A stretch of 64,000 nucleotides of DNA from Octopus vulgaris (lineage: Eukaryota). This document shows positions 57,370-64,000 of this stretch, piece by piece; positions within the stretch are counted from its first letter, which is position 1, and every line of letters begins with the position of its first letter. The position numbers were made by a program, and so were the translations under genes. The stretch spans positions 113,832,001 to 113,896,000 of the forward strand of contig OX597819.1 of NCBI GenBank assembly GCA_951406725.2. Reading direction: 5' to 3'. The notes under the pieces are model-generated. The model saw only the letters and a list, made by a program, of their open reading frames with translations, ran no database searches and was not told the origin of the DNA.

Positions 57370-57715
57370 ATCGTTGTTTAACGTCCGCTTTCCATGCTGG
57401 CATGGGTTGGACGGTTTGACTGAAGACTGACAAACCAGAAGGCTGCACCAGGCTCCAATCTGATCTGGCAAGGTTTCTACAGCTGGATGCCCTTCCTAAT
57501 ACCAACCACTCCAAGCATGTAGTGGGTGCTTTTTACGTGCCACCAGCACGAGGGCCAGTCAGGCAGTACTGGCATCGACCATACTTGAATGATGCTTTTT
57601 ACGTGTCACCGGCATGGGAGCAAGTCAGGTGGCACTGGCAACAACCACACTCAAACGGTGCTTTTTACATGCTACCGGTACAGCACCAATCAGGCAGCAG
57701 TGGCATTGACCACAA
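57370..57715 (-). mobile_element. RTE-LINE 3' UTR
   Basis: tttaacgtccgctttccatgctggcatggg... followed by three reversed repeat cores. Confidence 0.85.
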
Positions 57716-58291
57716 CTCTTAAGGTCACTGTGAAGCAGGGGTCTCAGATTTTACCAAATTAACTATATAATTAACCATTATTTTACTAAAATCTTTTTTC
57801 CTTCATTGGAATGTAATTTAATTTCCTTCATTTTTGCAGTTTTTATTTTGTGTGTGTCATGTTTTTTAAACAGTGTCTTTCCATGTGATATGGCATTTTA
57901 TTGTTTCTATATTCAACTGGGAACAATTTCTTACCTTTTTATATTGTTTAGCAAAGGAAATATCTTTTCTGTTGCAGCTGAAGAATAAAACAAATGGTTG
58001 TAAGTTTATCGTTAATTTTGAGATAATTGGCAAATGAAGTTTATCTCCCTGTTTTTCTTGAAGTATACTATCAGCATTTTTCTGGATCACTTTGTAAGAG
58101 AAATTTGTTTTTGTTTTTTTTTTTCCTCCAAATAAATTTTCACCATTTTCTCTTGATATTTTCATGTTCTTTACCCTCAATAATATTAGGAAATTTCATG
58201 GCTAGTTGGATAATTGGAAGTAGCCATTTTTTGTGACAAAACTTTTAATGAGCAAACCTGTTTTCTTTTCTTTCTTTTTTTCCTGCTTTAG

Positions 58292-59659
58292 ATCAAAAGT
58301 GCTGGAAGCAAACAAGACCATCACAGGATATTAAGGTCCATTCTTTGTGCATGATGGAAAAGCCAGACCATCTTATGATTGAATCAAAAGGAGGAGGGAC
58401 TGCTGGTGAGGGAGGAGGGGGGAATGAATGCAGTAATGGAAATAGCGGTGAATGTAATGTGCGTGCCTCCACCAAGTATCTTTCACAACCTAGTCTGGTG
58501 TGTGGGGTGTCTTTGCGCAAAACCAGACCTTCCTGTAATGTGTTACACCATGAAACAGAGTTGAATGCTGACTTTCCTGTGAAGCCAGATGTCCAGTTTA
58601 TGAACAAGGTGAATGAGGTGGTCAGTAGTGACACTTTACCACCAAAAATTATCCCCGATCTCTTGGATGATTGTGATAATGTGACCCTTTTAGATCGGAT
58701 GGTATTTCTCCCCTTTATCATTGTTGTTGCTATTTGGCATGAAAAGGCCCCCAGTGTAAAACCACAGGACAACAATTCCAAGCCATCAACTAGTGGCAAT
58801 GAACTATCTGTGCCCACATTAGGTTCGATTGCGATGACGCAGGATTGGGGCATGCTTGATCCAATGTTTGACAGCGTACCAGACACTGATGCTCTGCTGG
58901 TTGAAGAAGGATCAGGATCAAAGCCATTGGTTAACACAACCACATTGGACAGTAACCTTGAGGATACGAAAATGTCCAACAGTAATTCAAGCATGAGTGA
59001 TATCAGTGAAGCCAACAAGTCACTAAGTATGGACAATTTATTTAAACAAACACAGCCATTGCTGCCCAATGGCCATATTCTGCAGTGTGTGGAATTACCA
59101 CGCAACCTTCAGTCTGAAACTCTGAAGATCAGCTCCATTAATCTGACAACTGATGGACTTTATGTGATTGTTGTTTTGTCCCCTGTTAATATCTGTGATA
59201 GTTTCTCTATTGTCATTGACAACAAGAATTTGTCAAAGGCAAATAGCCCCAACAACCCCAACAAGCAAGGACAGTCAGCTGAAACAGCCACCAATAGCAA
59301 CAACATTTCACTGCTGGCTGACACTCCAGCTAGTGGCACTATACTTGTCTACAGACTGAACTTTGACCACGAACATGTTCGCATTGAAGAAACTCCTGTC
59401 AACTCATTGCTAATACCATCAGTGTTTGAGTCAGTGGTTAACTTAGCTGTTATCCCCAATGAATTCATGGGCCAAGCAGAAGATGAAGACTCAACTTCCA
59501 TAGACAACCACCATTCTCGTTCATCTGAACCACATGGACTCTTTGGTACAGTTTTATACAATGGACACATAAAACTCTGGGACCTATCTACTTTAACGTC
59601 TGTGGCTCAGATTGAACCTGAAGAAGGTGATAAATTTACATCACTTACTTGTTGTACAG
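58292..59659 (+). CDS. BIRC6: BIRC6 exon J (1368-nt large exon)
   Basis: Long pyrimidine tract plus ttag acceptor, gtatgt donor; phase 1-1, open throughout. Contains GHILQCVELP, DGLYVIVVL, GTILVYRLNF...IEETP and GHIKLWDLSTL...FTSLTCCTG, collinear with BIRC6 propeller blades. Confidence 0.95.
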
Positions 59660-59919
59660 GTATGTATATTTAATCATCTTACACCTCTCAGTTGAAAATT
59701 GTTTTGCTAAGAAAATAGTGAGCATATTTGGAATATAACTTTGAAGTCAATACTTTTTTTTTGTCATTTTATGTCTTCAGCGAAAATCTGCAAAAGTATT
59801 TCTTTGTCATCATCATCATTTAACATCCATTTTTATATTTTTGGTAAAATACCATGTGAACCTTTTTATGCTTTTAGAAATTGTATTTGATAGTATCATC
59901 CACCACAGTAGAATTGATA

Positions 59920-60115
59920 CCTGTGCTGGTGCTGTGTGAAAAGCACTTGTGCTGGTACCTAGTGCACTCTGTGGAGCGGTTGGTGTTAGAAAGGGCATCC
60001 ACAAGACCATGCCAAAAAACAGACAATGGAGCTTGGTGCAACCCCTGGTCTTACCAGTGCCAGTCAAACCGTCCAACCCATGCCAGCATGGAAAATGGAC
60101 ATGAAATGATGATGA
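59920..60115 (+). mobile_element. RTE-LINE 3' end
   Basis: agggcatcc...aaccgtccaacccatgccagcatggaaaatggac plus (TGA)n. Confidence 0.8.
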
Positions 60116-61219
60116 TATGCACTTTTTTTGTTTTAAAAAAGTCTCAAAGATAAAAATCACCCAATCTCCTATATGTGAAGTTGGGCCTAGATTGCTTTGA
60201 ATATTACTTGCTTTAATGGTTTAAAAACTTTGTTGCTGAATATGCACTGATGTAAATGGGGTGCATCTGATATGCCTGTGAATCTTGGGCCATCAAATGC
60301 AGTACATTTCTTTTGAGCTCCTAATTTTCTACAGTAATGAGGAAATATTTTTTAAGATTATGTTAGTACTGCAAAAAAAGTATGGCTATATCTATCATAT
60401 TGTGTTTACTTCCATTTTGAATTTACTTTTTTTTTTTCCTTCTATTATTGTTAGAGAGAGATATCATTTTAGTGTGTTTGAATGGTTTGCAATTTAGCAA
60501 ATTGCCTCTTGTTTTTATCCTCCATTATTTCATCAATGAGGCTCAAAATCCTGATATATTCCTAACACTTTTCACGATTTCCTTTGTTGTTCTCTGCTAC
60601 AGTCTTCTACTCTAAGTACTGTTTAAGAATTAATTTGAGGTTTCTAACCAAACGTGTAAAATGTGATTATTTGTTTTTGGCTGTGATTTTGCAATCTATT
60701 TATTGTATATGATAGGCTAGAACTTACTGAAACTGTTACAGCCACCTGCATGCATATGGCATCTTAAATAATCAGGACACATGTAGTCTATGGGACAGTT
60801 TTTCATGTTTACATTTGCCATAATACTGTCAACATAAACAAACAAATTAATAGCGAAAGGGGAAGCAGTTATACATGATGAATATGTGATGGTAGGAGGT
60901 TTTCCTCTTTTTCTTCTGTTGATGGTGTTCTGTTATAGTTCGCTCTAAGTGAACCTTAATCAAGTTGATCTATAACTCTAAGTAGTAGAGATTTTGTTAC
61001 AGGAAACAAATAAGTATTTTTAGATCATTTTTGTACTTCAATTTTAAAGCTAGAATTATCCTGTTGTCCCTAGATATTGTGAAATTAAATTTTAGTTTAT
61101 ATATTGCTCTTAATGTATGTATAAATTGTCTTGCCTCTTTTCATGTAAGAGGGCAATCACATCATTTGACAGGATGAACATATCACAAGCTATATACCCT
61201 AATTAGTTTTGTAGATCTT

Positions 61220-61515
61220 GTGCTTATTCTATCAGTCCCTTTTGCCGAACTGCTAAGTTATGGGGGACGTAATTGCACCACCATCAGTTGCCAAGCAATG
61301 TTGGGGGGACAAAACAGACACACAAACATACACACACACACACACGCTCACATGACTGGCTTCTTTCAGTTTCTGTCTATCACATCCACTGAAAAGGCTT
61401 TGGTTGGCCTGAGGCTGAAGTAGAAGGCACTTGTTCAAGGTGCCATGCAATAGGACTGAACCCAAAACCATGTAGTTTGATAAGCAAGCTACTTACCACA
61501 GAGTCACTCCTGCAC
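61220..61515 (-). mobile_element. SINE family 2 copy
   Basis: Collinear with 44180-44600, 3'-truncated. Confidence 0.8.
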
Positions 61516-62482
61516 TATATGTTACAAATGTAGATAATTCTCCCACATCTGCAAAGTAAAGTAGTATTAAGTGACTTGGTGTACAATTAACAAAAGAAAT
61601 GGCAGAGTTGCTTGGTTCCAGACTTCAAAAATGGAATTTTCTTCAGCCAAACACCAGATTTTTCTTATTTTCCCCATTATCATATGAAGTATTCATTTTA
61701 CTTATAGTGTTATTGTTTAACCCCAGGTGATATTAGCAAGAGAAGAAGTAAGAGTAGTGATTTGAGCCTGCTTATCAAAAAGTTTGAAAACATCTAAGTA
61801 GTCACTTAACTTGCTGGAATTAGCAGCTATATTTTGAAGGACACTTCAGTAATGTAGTCCTACATACACTTATTGTCATTCTCATAGTTTTTCTTTTTTG
61901 CCATACTGGCATTGGTTGAACAGGATGTTTTCAGGTAGTGCTTTGTTGTTGGATGCTTTTCATGATGCCAACCTTTTTAGTTGCCTTACAGTTATGGCTG
62001 AAAATGGTCAAGTTGCCATAGTTAACTCAAACATTCTCGAACATGGATGTGCTCAATCAAGCCTCTTGATTTTAGTGGTGTTCCATAATGTATCTATGAC
62101 TACATTATGCAGTAAATTTACCCTTTTTCAAGTTGTGGTATGATTTGATGTATATATGGTCAATATTTCCAGTAGGTCAAATATTTACTTTGCTTCAGTC
62201 TTTACTAAGTAAGCTTGAGACTATCTGATGTTATGTCTTTCAGCACACAGTCATATACTCTCGCTCTTCTCCCACTATTACATATGTTTGAATTCCACAG
62301 TTGCTATGTAAATAAAAAATAAGTCAGAACTGTAACATCGTCATCATCATCATTTAACGTCCATTGTCCATGCTGGACAATTTGAACTGGGCTGGCATGC
62401 TGGAAGGTTGCACCAGACTCCATCTGATTTGGCATGGTTTTCTATGGCTGATGCCCTTCATAATGCCAGAACAGTATCATGT

Positions 62483-62534
62483 CTCCCTGGTAGTGGATTG
62501 AACCCCAGTCTCCCACATGACAGATATCACTATA
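62483..62534 (-). pseudogene. Degenerate tRNA-Asp(GTC) fragment
   Basis: ctccctggtagtggattgaaccccagtctcccacatgacag aligns with the reverse complement of eukaryotic tRNA-Asp (CTCCCCGTCGGGGAATCGAACCCCGGTCTCCCGCGTGACAG), mostly CpG-decay changes; 5' half largely deleted. Confidence 0.65.
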
Positions 62535-62634
62535 TGAAATTATATAATCCAAGGTAAAAGGGCAGAGACTGTGTCCTGTGCAAGTCCTTTCACAGTGGTT
62601 AAAACGTATGCAGACAAATTGCCAACAGACAATT

Positions 62635-62762
62635 CTTACATGGCCTCAGACTTGACACTGAGGCCTACATCAAGTGCCTGGAGGAAGTTGTGCTGCTTTG
62701 GGTCAAGAGGGTGCTTGCTGGAACACTATGTCTGGCAACAGGACTCTGCACCATACCACACA
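62635..62762 (+). mobile_element. Tc1/mariner transposase fragment
   Basis: Frameshifted GLRLDTEAYIKCLEEVVL...YVWQQDSAPYHT, containing the QQD.AP.H motif of the second catalytic Asp. Confidence 0.75.
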
Positions 62763-62902
62763 ATTGTCCTGTTTGTAAATTGTCTGTCAGCCAACTGTCT
62801 ATCGTTGAATTGTCCATCTACTGGTTAAGAAATGTTTATTTATTTCACTAAGAATAAGTCAGAAAAGCAAGACATTATTTACTATAGCTATTTTCAGAAC
62901 AC

Positions 62903-63357
62903 TGTGCCGGTGGCACGTAAAAAGCACCATCTGAACGTGGCCGATGCCAGCGGTGCCTAGACTGGCTTCTGTGCCAGTGGCATGTAAAAAGCACTATCCG
63001 AATCGTGGTTCATGCCAGCGCCGCCTTAACCGGCTTCTGTGCTGGTGGCACGTAAAAAGCACCATCCGAATCGTGGCCGATGCCAGCGCCGCCTTGACTG
63101 GCTTCCGTGCCAGTGGCACGTAAAATGCACCAATCCGATCGTGGCCGTTGCCAGCCTCACCTGGCACCTGTGCAGGTGGCATGTAAAAAGCACCCACTAC
63201 ACTCATGGAGTGGTTGGCGTTAGGAAGGGCATCCAGCTGTAGAAACATTGCCAGATCAGACTGGGCCTGGTGCAGCCTTCTGGCTTCCCAGATCCCCAGT
63301 TGAACCGTCCAACCCATGCTAGCATGGAGAACGGACGTTAAACGATGATGATGATGA
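62903..63357 (+). mobile_element. Young RTE-LINE 3' UTR with five tandem repeat cores
   Basis: Cores at 62910, 62977, 63045, 63113 and 63176, plus a (GAT)n tail. Confidence 0.9.
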
Positions 63358-63543
63358 GTATTTAACGCTAAAAGGATAATTGTCAATTTATCAGCCTGAT
63401 GTATTTTTGTGAGAAAGCTGATCTCTACTTTTCTTTGTCCATCAAAATTTTTATTTATATCTGTATTCATTTTCTTATTCAGTTTGAATTAACCACTTTT
63501 CCTTTCTACTTTCGTTTTCTTTTGTCATTGGCTCCAAACATAG

Positions 63544-63735
63544 GACTTGATCGGTTGTGTGCATGCACAATGGGCGGTAAGCTACATTTCTATCAACTGT
63601 CTGAGCAAAACCCTGCCATATTAGAAATGTCCAACTGTGGTATATTCAACAACAAAGAGGCATTGAGTGATCTGGACTCTGCTGATGCTGGTAATGATGA
63701 AGTTAATGAACATCAAAAGACCAAACAGACTGCCA
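63544..63735 (+). CDS. BIRC6: BIRC6 exon K (gene continues beyond the window)
   Basis: acatag acceptor, gtaagt donor at 63736; phase 1-1. Encodes GLDRLCACTMGGKLHFYQL (vertebrate GTDRLCACTKGGELHFLQI). Confidence 0.93.
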
Positions 63736-64000
63736 GTAAGTAATTGGATATTAATTAGCATTGTTTTTGGAAATACTTTTGGTTTTCTGCAATTTTGTTT
63801 TTCAGTAGTGTATCCGAACACTTAACCAAATATTTACTACTTGTATGTATAACCTTTTAAATTGGGTGTACTGTTTGGAGACTAGATTTCCAGGTGAAGA
63901 TTTAAAGGAAGATACACAGAAACGTGTTTTTCTTTGCCTCCATTCTATCCTTCAAACTTCAAATTAACTGTGTAATTTTAAAGCAACTGACTGATGTACT

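Noticed and set aside
58293-59105. 270-aa antisense ORF
   Set aside because: Shadow of BIRC6 exon J; no recognisable motif.
62903-63200. CRISPR array interpretation of the repeat-spacer pattern
   Set aside because: The spacers are homologous to each other, the array sits in a LINE 3' UTR in a eukaryotic intron, and there are no cas genes.

Overview
AT-rich, repeat-dense eukaryotic DNA, not prokaryotic. The SINE/RTE repeat families suggest an octopod cephalopod (inference). One protein-coding gene is supported: BIRC6 (Bruce/Apollon) on the + strand. Eleven GT-AG exons between 36680 and 63735 splice, by my manual phase check, into one uninterrupted 2742-nt (~914-codon) frame covering the N-terminal WD40/beta-propeller region and the BIR zinc finger. 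I could not find the first coding exon, so 1-36679 is probably one large upstream intron, and the gene continues past the window end. The rest is transposon-derived or low-complexity: several SINE families, many RTE-LINE 3' ends, CR1-like and Penelope-like relics, an internally deleted Gypsy element with both LTRs, piggyBac-like and mariner MITEs, a Helitron-like element, and a 3.4-kb compound microsatellite. Most supplied ORFs are artefacts. The most interesting observations are an in-frame intronic copy of part of the largest BIRC6 exon with plausible splice sites, a variable-number array of double-hairpin units in the RTE 3' UTR, and inverted repeat pairs flanking BIRC6 exons. Homology calls are from motif recognition only; no database search was run.
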